From Euprymna scolopes (Eukaryota), in assembly GCA_053919585.1 (NCBI GenBank), contig CM132808.1: 64,000 nucleotides of DNA. One strand, 5' to 3'. This document shows, piece by piece, positions 24,433-37,528 of this stretch. The first letter of the stretch is position 1. Each line of letters opens with the position of its first letter. A program made the translations under genes and the position numbers. The notes below the pieces were generated by a model. The model was not told where the DNA came from, did no database searches, and saw only the letters and a list, made by a program, of their open reading frames with translations.

Positions 24433-26859
24433 TATAAACAGATTGTTTGTTCACCAGGTTCAATGTTTTTGTTATTGTACTTGAAGAACTGAAAATAAAG
24501 TTTTCATTTGAAATTGAATAAAACAGATTTCTGTTTGAATAAGGTATTGTTTTTGCACTGATCGAATATAGTTAAGATCTTTTGTATTTAAGTTGTTTAA
24601 CAAAAGCAAATGTTTTCATGTGGTAACCCCACCCCTCTCTTATTCTATAAAGAATATATAAGCACGTTTGCAACGAAATGTGAAGGAAATTGATGTTCAG
24701 ATATTTTAAACTTTGTTTAAAATATCTGTAAATTTATTTGACTTTTTAGCATTCTATTCATATAAAGGCATTTTTGTTGGCCAAGTGAAATACCTATGCA
24801 ATCAGATGTCCTTACTTTGCATAATTCAAGGTCTAGAGTCAGATGGAGTACTGACAGGAATTATAATAGAATTCAAACATTTCTTTGTCAAAAGAGTAAT
24901 TATTGAAATAAGTTGCCAGCATGTTTCAAGGATGTTTTTGGAAGGAAATGTGGAACAATATCGGAATAAAGAATGGAGCTGGTATTAGGGGATTTCCGAT
25001 GTGATTTTTTAAAGAATCAGAACATGAAATTATATAAAGATGTTTTGAAAAAGGAAACTTTGAAATTCCCTTACCATTTAATTAAAAAGACTGAAATTTT
25101 TTTTTTTTTTTTTTTAGTTTCTCTACAACTAATAAAATCTTTTTCTTCAGATGGCTGTTGAGGCAGAGTTATCTCCCTTTGTGATATTTGAATTTTAACC
25201 TGAAAAGTTGTTACTTGTGCAAGCTTTTCTTTTTTACTCTTATTTCCGAAATGGTAGGGAATTCAGAAATGGGATATGGAGGTCTCCTCCTTATTGGCAC
25301 AACCATCATACTTGTTAGACATTTTTTTTTTGTTTATTTTACTAACTTATTATTAATTTATTTTTCATTAAGTTTTCATGTGGTCAGTATGCATGTGTTA
25401 CATTTGTAAAAATACGGTTAGACTTTCTCTATGAAAGCAGATGTATGCTGCCCTCCTTCCCCACCTCTGTTCCATAATGATATCTACATCTATTTGCTTA
25501 TAGACTTCTCTTTGTTTCCATTTTGATGATTTATTTATTTTTTTCCTACACAAAGTTGTTTTTGATGCATATTTTGTCAAAGAATGAAGTCAGTTGTTTA
25601 TTGAGCCTCAAGGATTGAATTTTAAAATATTTTTTTTCTTTTTGTATTGGGTTTCCGCAGATAAGATTTAATCTTGTCGACTGCGATGTTGCTTTCAAAC
25701 AACCTCACTGGAGATGGGGTGAAAAGAAGCATGTGGCTCATTTCACTGATGTTTACCGTGCAATGGATCGGAAAAACTAAAATGACAGTTTCACTTATCC
25801 AACCACCACCACCTCACACATAGAAGCCGTAAAATACATCCACCCAAATTTCTGTTAGTTGAGATACCATATTTGTAAATGGCTAATTTGTGTTATCTTC
25901 TATCTACATACCTCGTTGTCTGTGTGTTTGTCTGTGTGTATTACATATAGACATAGGTTGTTTTATTCTGTTACCATGGTTTCATCCACTCACATGCAAT
26001 CTTTAGGCAATTTTAGGCAATTCAAACCGATTTTTTGCAGTTGTGTGCACGTGCGTGTATTACTAAAGTCGAGTTCACCAATGTTTAGTTCTCTAAGCCT
26101 TTTTTCCTATATGCTTTAGTTTTGCGATTGAGTTATGTATGAAAAATTAAAATTTGTTTTAATTCTAATTTATAGCTTATTGAACAAGTCATCCAGTTCT
26201 ATGCATTTCTCTCGCTTCCTCTCACACTGTTGATTTGACCACTCTCAGGTATTTTTAATGTCTCTATAACATTTACAAAAAGGTTGACGTTTTTGAAGCA
26301 TTATCTGATTTCTATACATACAGACGCTTGTAAATTAGATAGCAAAATAAGTTTCTTGACTTCTCATAAGAAAAATAAATACTCTTCTATAATAATGATA
26401 ATATAGTAGAAAACGGGCTTATTTTTAGTTATGTAAGATGAATGTCTTAAAAGATATCACAGTTTATAAATTATAGAATAAATAGTGGTAGCAGTTGTGG
26501 CAAGTACATCTTGGGTGTGTGGGTGTGTCCATAATGGTTGTAAACTCATGTTTAAGAATTGCCATTGCTTAACTGATAAATTTTCAAGCAATGTTTGTGC
26601 ATAAAGCCTTTTCAAGGTTTGCTCAGAATCAATCTTATTAAATGACTGCTACCCCAACTCAAACAGAGCAACTCTATATCAATGGAAGCAAAGTGAGTCA
26701 CTGCGAAGGTTATATCAGATTATTTTTCCTCTTGTCTTAAACTATGTCTGTAGGGGACATTTCTATCAGTTTTACCATTCACTCCAACACCAACCTAATA
26801 TATAAATTGAAAGAAAAAGCAATGAAAAATTTAGCCCGATCTCCTTATAGATTTATTTC

Positions 26860-28626
26860 AACCTAATCCTGTGTGCTCATTTCTCGGCTAACATTCACGT
26901 CTGTGGAGATTTCAATGCTGACTAACTATCCCACTCAAACAAGACAGGTGATGATGGGAGGTTCTCTCATGATTTCTTCATTGTTTATGACCTAACAGAT
27001 TGTTCACAAACCCACCCATGTGCCCGACACTGACAGACAGTATGCAAGTCCCCTAGACGTTTTTCTTACCACTTGCCTAGTACTGTGCTCATCCTCCGTT
27101 CTGTCTCCATTGAGATCTTCTGATCACTCAGTTTTCTCAGTTACAAAATGTAATAAATCCTGAGATGCACCTCTCCATCATACAGTATAATGATACTTTA
27201 TGGCTGACCGGGATAGCTTCTGAACATTTATATCAGGTATACCTGTGCATTCCATGTTTAAAAAAAATATGTCTTCTATAGTGTCGAACCTGACTGAATG
27301 GTTAACTGTCAGTAAAGATTGCTTTATACCCTCCAAGAAATTCCAACAAAAACCTAATAGCCAGCCATAGTTCACTCCAGAATGTGCCACACATAAACTA
27401 TTTCCGTGACTTTCCACAAAATAGATGTTATGAAACTGAAGACTCTTTGGGACTGCCAGCATCTACTGTGAAAGAGTAATAAAGAATATGGGTTCATCAA
27501 ATCTGAGCAGTGCCTTGGCTCCTACAAGCTTTCATGACTAACAAAGGGTTCTGAACAAAGGTGTGTTCTCTATCTCAGCCATCATCAATGAACCTGAGGT
27601 AATTTCACCATCATCTGACAAAGCAAAACTACTAAAAACCGTACAGCAAATTCTACCCATTGCGATCAGGGCCACCTATTACTCCCCCCACCACCACCAT
27701 ATTTCCTCTTGTGACTGTAACGTACAAATATCTGTGCATGATGTTGCCAAGCTTATCAAAAACCCTAATTCCAGTAAAGCAAATGGCTTTGATGTACGGC
27801 ATAATCACATTGCCACACTGGTTCTCGCCAGGTCACCAAAGTTAAGCAACGTTGAGCCTGGCTAGTACCAGATGTATGTGCTTTCCATTAATCTCAGCAG
27901 TCACCTTGAACCTATACGTGCCACTGGTATTCATCAATGTCGACTCAGGAAAGGTATGGTTGGAGATTGCGCGACTCTTGCCCCCAAAATTTCACACGCA
28001 GGCACCCTTACAGTTAGTATCCATAGTTTGTAAAGACTGAAGAAAGCCATTATTATTAAATGGCTCTGATGGCGTTCCAATCATAATGCTAAAAACTGCA
28101 ACTGGAACTAGCTCCCATGCTTACAAATTTGTTTAAACGTTGCCTTAAGGAGAAATGCTTTCCAACACTCTGGAAAACTTCATGAGTCTGCCCCATATTT
28201 AGAAATTCTGGAGATTGGTCACCTGCATTTCAGCACAGACCAATTCGTCTCCTGTGCATCATGAGTAAGTTGCTGGACTCTGTGATAGAGAACTAGTCAA
28301 CCACCTCAGCAAATATAACCTACTCAGTAACATGCAATATGGTTTCTATTTTGCTATATCTACAGTTGATATGTTAACTGTTATATCATACAGATTAGTG
28401 AATCTCTCAACAGGAGTTTCATTTCTAGAGCAATTGCTCTTGATGTATGAAAGGCTTTTAATAGGGTATGGCATTAAGGTCTACTTCAAAAGATTTCTAG
28501 CTATAGAATAGCTGGAAATGTCCTTTCAATTATTAAATCCTTTCTTTCTGATAGGTTTATAAGATTAGTTGTCGATGGGTAAAATTCAGAAACTCATGGT
28601 TCCATTTTGGGCCTAACTCTTTTTCT
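26860..28626 (+). mobile_element. Old CR1/Jockey-group LINE, 5' part (APE to RT), degenerate
   Basis: CGDFNA, LDVFLTT, PLRSSDH, FTPEC, KANG.DGVPI, RPIRLL, KAFNRVWH and GSILGLTLFL. Interrupted by a SINE and by the young LINE. Confidence 0.82.
27795..28057 (+). mobile_element. 5S rRNA-derived SINE (SINE3-type)
   Basis: Head TACGGCATAATCACATTG...CTGGTTCTCGCCAGGTCACCAAAGTTAAGCAACGTTGAGCCTGGCTAGTACCAGATG aligns with 5S rRNA; then a unique body and (ATT)n tail. 14-bp TSD AAATGGCT(T/C)TGATG at 27781-27794 and 28058-28071. Confidence 0.85.
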
Positions 28627-29381
28627 CTGGTGCTACCAGATCAGGCTGTCTATTGGCTTCCTGAGACGAAATGCACCTACATCGATTTTCCGTTTTTGTT
28701 TCCTATTCTCTTTTGTAAAACTTAATTATGTTCTGCAAAAACAAAAACAAAAACAACAGCCCCCTTCCCCTTTTTTTTTTTTTCCTACTTCCCAACCCCG
28801 TCAGTGGGGCATTAGAATACACTGACTGCCCCCTTGCAGAGAGTAAAAGTCCCTCAATGGGGCCACCTGTTGGCCGTAGGTGGCATCCCGTAATGTCTAC
28901 AAAAAGGATCCTGGTGGCTGAGCAACTGATACCTAGGGAAATAAAGGTATCAGTTGCAACACTCCACTTTGGCCTCGTACTGGGCCAGACGGGCGATCGG
29001 AGAGGCCCGATCCGATCAATCGGCTGGTCACGTCTAGCTCACCACTTATACGCATACAATCTACACCAAATCTAAATAATACACAACACTTCCCCATCAA
29101 TACTGATCCCCAAACAAGTGGTGAAAGCGGTGGCTGAGGGTCAATTGTATATAGTGAACAAGGACTAGACATGGATGTTTTTCTCTGATCTTTCCCATAT
29201 TTTACTTGGATGGGAGAAATTAAGATACACGAGTGCTCGAAGCCTACATTATGTACAAGTATATCATACCTGTAACCCTGTTGTAGCCAGGGCGAATGGG
29301 CTTCCCCCCTGTGCGCATCCCAAGTAGGGATCCAAGGTGGGTGGGGAGCAGGGATGATGAATTAAAAAAAACGAACCCAAT

Positions 29382-30887
29382 ATGAGTTATAAAAATCCAA
29401 GTAAAAAAAGATTTTTAGACAGTTCGGACAGTGACACGAATGAGGAATCGGATAACTATCCAAACTTCATAGTAATGGAGTCAATTGGAGAAGTGTCTTT
29501 AACCAAACTCTCCCCCTTCAAGATAGAAAAAATACTATCAGAAAGGGTCAAACCTAAACTAGTGAAAAAATTAAGAAATGGTAATCTTTTGATAGAAATT
29601 CTTACCAAAACACAGGCAGATGAACTTTTAAAATGGAAACATTTTGACAATATAAAAATAAAAACGTACCCTCACAAAACACTAAACATATGCAAAGGAG
29701 TTGTGAAAAGCCCTGAACTTTCACTTTGCTCCATCGACGAAATCCGTTCAAATCTAAAAGAACAAAATGTAACGGATGTCAGAAGAATTCAAATTAAAAA
29801 AAATGGAGAAATGATAAACACACACTCATATATATTAACCTTTTACCAACAAAAAATTCCACAAGAAATAAAAATAGCCTATGAGAAACTAAGAGTCGAA
29901 CCATACATCCCCAACCCACTGCGTTGCTTTAAATGTCAAAAGTTTGGTCATCATCAGGACCGATGTACACGCCAGCCAGTTTGTGGAAGGTGTGGAGAAA
30001 ACGACAATCATATCAACTGTCAAAAAACTTATAAATGTGCCAATTGTACAGAAAATCACAGTGCCTACTCCAAAGACTGTGAAATCTGGAAAAAAGAAAA
30101 AGAAATTGTTAAAATTAAACACTCATTAAACATCACCTACCCAGAAGCAAGGAAAAAGGCAATAACAGCTAAATATTCCGAAATAACCAAAAAGAATATT
30201 CCCAACACAAATAAACACAATGACAATTATTGCACAACAAACCTCGATATTAAAATCCAAGACCTCACCAACCAAATCAAAATACTGATAAATACAATTG
30301 AAGAAATGAAAAAAAACTCACTGGAACCAAAAATCCAAACGCCACACCCAGTAGACTAGAAACAAATCCAAAAAAACAAACCAGAACCAAACTTAACTAA
30401 ACAAAAACTACAAATAAACCCACAAATTCCCCTCTCCAATAGCTTTAAGATATTGGAGATCGAGAACTCTGAAGAGCAGAATACCAACAATAAGGAGAGT
30501 CCCTTAATCCCCCACAAGAGTTCTAATATAAAAACAGATAACAACAAGCAAAAAAATAAAGATTCTCCAAAAACATCCGAACAGACAAGAACAATAAATG
30601 GGAAAAATTCCTCAAAGAAAACCAGCCCCACAAAAACCAAACCACGATCTCGCTCAACATCTAAAAGCAGAGATAAATCAAGCATAAAAGCTAACAAACC
30701 AATTGAACACAAAGAACCAGAAGCCATGGAAACAGAAACCGAATCTACCAATGATAAAAAGCTCACAAGTGCTCAAACGCACATGAAACAGTCCAATGAT
30801 TCAAATACAAGAACTACAGACCAAAATAAATTTAAAACCTCCTTGGAAACAATGGAAATAGAAGACAAAACTTCTAAACCCCCATAA
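29382..30887 (+). pseudogene. LINE ORF1 (gag-like, three CCHC knuckles), one in-frame stop at 30357-30359
   Basis: LSPFKI..VKKLRNGNLLIE; VEPYIPNPLRCFKCQKFGH; CGRCGENDNH; CANCTENHSAYSKDC. ORFs 29382-30359 and 30453-30887 share one frame. Confidence 0.9.
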
Positions 30888-30946
30888 AAAAGAAAACACC
30901 CCTATTCCCAAGACAAAAGGGAAATCAAATACATAAAATCTAAACT

Positions 30947-33900
30947 ATGGCCAACAAAATAATCCAATGGAATTGCAGAGGTATAAAAGCCAACCGGAAT
31001 GAATTACTTCTACTGATATCCGATCTATGTCCCACAATAATATGCCTACAAGAAACCTTTTTAAAAGCATCTGAAAATATCAATCTTCAAAGTTTTACTG
31101 AATACAACTATACAACAAATAACCCAAATAGAGCTTCAGGAGGAACATCCATTCTCATTAACAAAAACACGGCACAAAGCCAAATAAATCTACAAACTAA
31201 CTTACAGGCAATTGCTGTCACAGCCACCCTACATAGAACGGTCACAATTTGCTCCATTTATCTGCCTCCAAACGACCCCATAGATGAAACCGAAATAGAA
31301 AAACTCATCAACCAACTCCCTCGCCCCTTCTTATTATTAGGCGATTTTAATAGTCATAATGTTAGTTGGGGATGCTCAAACACAGATAGAAAAGGAATCA
31401 CTATAGAAAATATTATCAACAACAACAATCTATGCATATATAACAACAAAAAACCAACGTTTATTCACTCCGCTACAAATTCGTCCTCAGCAATTGACCT
31501 CTCTATAAGTGATCCTAGTATCTTTATAGATTACAATTGGACAGTGCATATAGATACCTGTGGAAGTGATCACTTCCCAATAACTTTAGAACATTTTGGT
31601 CCTGAAATAATCTCAAAAATTCCTCGTTGGAACCTTAAAAAAGCTAACTGGAATGAATTCAAATTATTATGCAAACACAAACTCCTACCTGAAAAATGTG
31701 AGAAAGACCCAATCACTCACTTTACAGATACCATTATCTCAATAGCAGAAGAATGTATTCCTAAAACAAAATCATCAACCAAGTATAATCGTCCCTGGTT
31801 TAATAATGACTGTAAAAAGGCTATCAGGCTACGATGTGCTGCATTAAGAAAATTCAACAATCAACCAACTACTCAGAATTTAAACAACTTTAAAATATGC
31901 AGGGCTAAAGCACGCCGAACAATAAACGAAGCCAAAAGGGAATCATGGAAGAATTTTGTGTCTAAAATCAATAACACCACCAAAGACAAAACTGTATGGA
32001 ATATGATTCAGAAAATATCAGGAAAAAACACCAGTTCCCCTCTCAACCACCTCTGTGTAAACAATAGTAAAATAACTAAAAAAGAGGACATGGCAAACCT
32101 GCTTGCAGATACTATTGCAAATAATTCATCTTCTAAAAATTACGATAAAAAATTCCAGATCTTTAAACAGGAATCAGAAAAAAACAAACTGAACTTTAAA
32201 AGTAATAATGAGGAAGAATACAACAAACCTTTTACCATCCATGAACTAAAGGATTCATTAAAAAAAGCCAACAACACGGCTGAGGGACCTGATAAAATAA
32301 CGTATGAATTTCTAAAACAACTACCAGATGAACCATTAAAGTATTTACTTTCTATTTATAATGACATCTGGCTCAATGGCAATCTTCCAGTCATATGGAA
32401 ACAAGCCACAGTCATTCCTATACCAAAACCAGGAAAGGATGCATCTGACCCCTCCAATTATCGCCCCATAGCTCTAACAAGCTGTGTGTGTAAGATCATG
32501 GAGAGAATGGTCAACACCAGGTTAATTTAGTTTCTGGAAACAAATAAAATAATAACTAATTTTCAGTGTGGCTTCCGAAAACATTGTAGCACAACAGACC
32601 ATTTAATTCGTTTAGAAACTTTCATCAGAAATTCATTTATACAAAAAAAGCATATGACTGCTATTTTCTTTGATCTTGAAAAGGCATACGATACCACATG
32701 GAGGTATGGCATCATGAAAGATCTCAAAGAAGCTGGAGTGAAAGGAAGACTACCCATCTTCATCAACAACTTCATAAATAATAGACTATTCAATGTCCGT
32801 GTAGGAACATGCCTATCGGACACCAAAGAACAGGAAACGGGAGTTCCACAGGGAAGTATTTTGTCGGTAACATTATTCAGCCTAAAAATTAACAGTATTG
32901 TTGGATGCATAAACCAAGGCGTGGATTGCTCTCTATATGTTGATGATTTTTTAATTGCATAAAGCTCAAGACATATCCATATAATTGAGCGTCAACTTCA
33001 ACAATGCATTGACAAAATAAAAAAATGGACAACTAAGAATGGCTTCAAATTTTCCATTAACAAAACAAAATGTATGCACTTTTGTCAACTAAGAAAACTG
33101 CACCCAGATCCTCTTTTAAAACTAAATGATATTCCGATTCCTGTTGTAAATGAACATAAATTCTTAGGGTTAATACTAGACAAAAAACTTACATTCATCC
33201 CTCATATAAAACATCTTAAAAATAAATGTAATAAAACCCTACAGCTAATGCGGGTCATTGCCCACACAGATTGGGGAGCGGACAGACAAACCCTATTAAA
33301 GTTATATAGGTCACTAGTGCGATCGAAACTAGACTATGGTAGCTTCATTTACGGTGCCACCAGAAAGTCGTATATAAAGATATTGGACACCGTTCAACAT
33401 CAGGGCCTCAGACTTGCGCTGGGAGCCTTCCGAACTTCCCCCATCGATAGTCTCTATGCAGAAGCCAATGAACCCCCATTATCAATTCGACGCGACAAAC
33501 TAGCCTTGCAATACCTGACCAAAATTCTCTCTTGCCCAGAAAATCCTGCTTACAACTGCATTGCAAACTCACTAGATTACTCGCTCTATGATAGAGAAAA
33601 ATTACAGCCAACAAATCCAACCTCTAACTGTACCTTCAATCCAAATTACCAAAATCTATATTACCAAAAAGTAAAAGCTATAAAACCTTTTGGGCTCCGT
33701 ACAAAACCACTAGTAGAAGATGCAGGTATCACAATCACCAATATCCATAATGTCAACCAACTAAGCCTTCCACCCTGGCTACTAAAATATCCTGAAATCA
33801 TCCTTGAATTAAATAACCTCCCAAAAAATCAAACCCATCCACTAACCTATCAAGAAAAACTCCTTATCATTCAGGAAAAATACCCAAACCATCAGCACAT

Positions 33901-34681
33901 ATACACAGATGGGTCCAAAGACAGCAACAAAACCGGATGCGGAGTCGTATCCACTAACATTACCTTACAGAAGCGACTACCAGACCATGCCTCAATTTTT
34001 AGTGCCGAAGCCACAGCCTTAGATATGGCACTAGATCTCATCACTGACCTTACCCACAACAAATTTATAATTTTTTCAGACTCCCTATCAGTACTCGAAT
34101 CCTTAAAGAATAAAAATTTAAATAACCCACTACTCATCAAACTGCTACAAAAAATACACACTCTCTCACAAAACAAAAGTATCAAATTCTGCTGGATCCC
34201 CAGTCATTCTGGAATTCAGGGCAATGAAAAAGCTGACATAGCTGCCAAAAATGCTTTAAAACTCCTTAAAAGCAATATAAAAATTCCACATTCTGACTAC
34301 AAACAACAAATAAATAATCTGATTATGAAGAAATGGCAAGAAAGATGGAATAACTGTCCAAATAATAAACTTTTCAAGATCAAGCCCACAATAGAAGAAC
34401 GATTACCAGATGCCAGAAGATCACGTAGAGAGGAAGTGATTTTGTCCCGTATTCGCATAGGACATACACACATAACCCACTCCTTCCTGCTAAAAAAAGA
34501 AGACCCTCCAGAATGTTTTGCATGCCAAGAACCTTTTACAGTAAAACACTTTCTTTTGGATTGTGGCGATCTCGCGCATATCCGGCAAAATTATTACCAT
34601 GTCAATAATATGAAAGAACTATTTAAAAAAAATAAACTCCAACAAAATACTAACATTTCTGAAAAAAGTAAATCTATATAA
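30947..34681 (+). pseudogene. LINE ORF2 (APE endonuclease, RT, RNase H, C-terminal CCHC), two in-frame stops
   Basis: QWNCRG, CLQET, LLGDFN and GSDHFPI (APE); YRPIALTS, FFDLEKAYD, GVPQGSILS and LYVDD (RT); IYTDGSK, SAEATA, IFSDS, WIPSHSGIQGNEKAD (RNase H); CFAC...HFLLDC. Three ORFs in one frame, broken by TAG 32528-32530 and TAA 32960-32962. Confidence 0.95.
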
Positions 34682-34907
34682 AAGAATATAACTTTAATTC
34701 AATCCAACTTTACACCCACCCACCCACCCCCAAAAAAAGAAAGGAAGCACATCACCTAATGATACAAAAAGTCTGATTTGACTCACTGATTAAATTAAAA
34801 TATCTATTCCAAAAAAAAAAAAAAACTGAATTCGGCATTAAATAACCAAAAAAAAAAAAAGGTTGATATGCCGTAAAACCAAACCAAACCAAACTAACTC
34901 TTTTTCT

Positions 34908-35720
34908 AACTTTCATCAATGATCTCCCAAATCACATTCTTAGACGATTCATAGACATTTATGCAGACAAGACTGCCATCTGAGGCCAGCAATGACCAAG
35001 ATCTCTGATTCTTTCTCTTTTGATCTTGAGCACGATGCAATAGAGGAAAAAGATGGCTGATATATTTTAATGCATCTAAAATCAAGCTTCTTTCTTTCCA
35101 TTATCAAGCACTCTGACTGTCATCTGATCTAAATTGAAATGAATGGCTCTTGTCTTGTTTTAACAAGCTTCTGGAGTTAACCTTCACTTCTGATTCAAAA
35201 TAGAACACATACATAAAATCTGTTGCCAAGATCACTGGAAAAATGTTTGGATCATTCTATCACTCCAGTAGATATCTCACTGCCGATGCAATCCTCTGCC
35301 TGTATAAGAGACAAGTACATTCTAGGATGGAATACTATTGCCACATCTGGGCAGGGGCTGCTTGGAGCACCTTATCCTCCCATGATAGTTCAAAACCTAG
35401 TAGATGATACCTTTTTCTCTTCTTTGTCACCTGTTTCCCACAAAAGTAATGCTGCGAGCCTGTCTCTTCTCCATTGTTATTTTCATAGCAGGTGCTCATC
35501 TGAGCTTCAATCTATGGTTCCCCAACCTTGCCAAACTTTAACAAAAAACACTCTACTAGCTACAGTCATTATCCCTAATCCCACTCTCTGTGTCTAAATC
35601 TAAACATAGATTCCATGAACAAAGCTTCTTTCCTAGAACTGCCTGCCTGTGGAACTCTTTTGTGCTGTCCTGCTTTTCAGCTGACTACAATATAGTAGTC
35701 TTCAAGTCCATTGTAAACAT
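34908..35720 (+). mobile_element. Old CR1/Jockey-group LINE, 3' part
   Basis: Resumes TFINDLP, then IYADKT, EYYCHIWAGA and SFFPRTACLWNS. Confidence 0.82.
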
Positions 35721-35927
35721 GGTAGTGTTGAACCGTCTCCTTAAATAATCAGATTCTATGCAATAATTATTTTTTCAACAGTTCGTAATAAATTATCAAA
35801 ACCTTTGGGAAAAGTATTAATCCATATATCCTCCCTCCAGCTATGGATTAAGATCTCAACAAACCTTAGTTGTGCAACTAATCTAAAAGAAAGAAAGCTT
35901 CAAAATAATATCAGTTTTCTTTGCTAA

Positions 35928-36655
35928 TTGGTCCCCCGATTTACCGGAGAGGAACCTATGTTTTCAGTGGCGTCTGTGCTTCCATGTGTCCGTCCATGTG
36001 TCCATTATTCCATAAGATTGCCAGATAACCGTCCATTAGTTTTTCCTGAAATTTTGCCACAAATTGTATTTTGGTTAAATAGATGTGCACAGTAAAAAAA
36101 TTTTTTGCAAAAATTCCCGCTGCGTCCCCAGGGGCTCAAAAGAGGTAAAAAATGCCCCTTTTTGCCCCCATAGCGTTTAATCCATCCATTAGATTTTCCT
36201 GAAACTTGGCCAAAATGTGGAGGCCATTGTTCTTAATATAAATTCAGTATGGGTGACCCTGGCGAAATTCTGGTTTGCATCCCTGTGAGACTTTTAGGGC
36301 TAAAAAGACATGTCTTTTTGGAGTTCTTTTTTCATATTACTCAAAAACTTGACATGTATATCTATATAGTGATTTTCCATGGTGCTGAATTCAAATATAC
36401 ACGTCTTAAGGCATGAAACTTCACCGTTTGTCCATTTTTCACTGTGATTCGGTGTTCTTAGAAGCTTAAAAGGGGTCAAAAATGCCCCAAAATTGCAGAA
36501 AATGACACTTTTTACACCATAACTTTTGCCCCATCTATTTGTGAAGGAAACGTTAGCCCTTCACACTTCTCGCATTCATCATTTCTTCACTATTTTTTGT
36601 GGTGTAATCTTGCATGCAGCACCCGAGGGGGATCACGCACATGCAGCTTGTTTCA
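35928..36655 (+). mobile_element. DINE-1/HINE-like non-autonomous repeat
   Basis: Head GGTCCCCCGATTTACCGGAGAGGAACC, GTCC-like microrepeat, clear homology to 23110-23650, and 3' end GGGGGATCACGCACATGCAGCTTGTT. Confidence 0.6.
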
Positions 36656-36944
36656 ACATAGTTTTTCAGTCATCCTGGATTTATTGCCATGAGATTCGTG
36701 CAGTGCTGATTATTGTGCAATAATTGCTTCATTATAGAGACCATGTACTGACATCCTTACAGTGGAAGCCCTTTCTAGGATAGTGGGGAGAGTTTATAGG
36801 ATATAAGCAGAGTTGATTTTATCCATATGTAAATAAACCAGAGTGAGTGACTGATTTTTTATGAATTGTGTGCATGTCTTGTGCCACCAGAAAAACTTCA
36901 AAGTGCTCGATCATAAAAATATAAAAGCAGAATGTATTTTTTAT

Positions 36945-37180
36945 TTGTATACTTTATGCATAAGCATCCATCCCAGGTACATTATTTCTCTTGTATTCAT
37001 TGGAGATTTTTATAAAACTCCTGGCTTTCTTCAGCCTTTTCTTTTTTTTCAAATTGATGTCCTAAAAAAAGCTGAAGAACGCTCCGTTTCATTCATTAGT
37101 TAGGATATTTATAAAATCTCCAGTGAATACAAAGCAAAAACTTGAGTCCCTAAAATGGATGCTTATGTGTATAGTATGTA
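36945..37180. repeat. Imperfect palindromic (MITE-like) element
   Basis: TTGTATTCATTGGAGATTTTTATAAAA pairs with TTTTATAAAATCTCCAGTGAATACAA, and ATAAGCATCCAT with ATGGATGCTTAT. Confidence 0.65.
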
Positions 37181-37366
37181 AATAAAGAAAAAAAGACTTG
37201 TGAGTGTGGTGGTGGGGGTTTATATATGTAGGAAAATCCAGGAACATTTCTGACAATATGAAACATTATATGAAAATGGTCTTTTTGATTCCGTATGATT
37301 TATGTATTTTTAAGGCTATTTTTGCTTATATTATTTATTTAAAATGTTTTTGTTTTCTTTTTAAAG

Positions 37367-37461
37367 ATTACTTAATGTCACCAGAGAAAGATGGCCAAGA
37401 ACCAAGCCCAATTGACCAAAAGTTGTCTTCATTGAACAAACAACTCAGCATAGAAACGAAG
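37367..37461 (+). CDS. PKN: Internal coding exon of a protein kinase N-like gene (linker and start of HR1b Rho-binding domain)
   Basis: Pyrimidine-rich tract + AAAG acceptor, 95-nt exon (phase 1 to 0), G|GTTTGT donor. Translates (D)YLMSPEKDGQEPSPIDQKLSSLNKQLSIETK, matching the HR1b pattern L..L.KQL.IE.K|VKQGAENM of PKN kinases (from recall). Confidence 0.68.
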
Positions 37462-37528
37462 GTTTGTAGTGTTAATTTGCAAAAATAAAAAAAAAAAGGC
37501 TTTTCTAACTTTTCATGAAGCAATGTCT

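Larger units (their letters stand above)
28627..34893 (+). mobile_element. Full-length I-group (Nimb/I-like) LINE with RNase H
   Basis: Perfect 14-bp TSD CTAACTCTTTTTCT at 28613-28626 and 34894-34907; ORF1 and ORF2; (AAACC)n 3' tail at ~34876-34893. Confidence 0.95.

Noticed and set aside
25661-25780. Possible exon after TTTCCGCAG (MLLSNNLTGDG...)
   Set aside because: Good acceptor, but no recognisable peptide or convincing donor; needs RNA-seq.
27795-27875. Functional 5S rRNA gene
   Set aside because: Truncated and diverged, fused to an unrelated body, and flanked by a TSD, so it is a SINE head.
35795-35905. Possible tRNA-SINE body fragments (also ~61880-62010)
   Set aside because: Share AGCTATGGATTAA, but boundaries, promoter boxes and TSDs could not be established.
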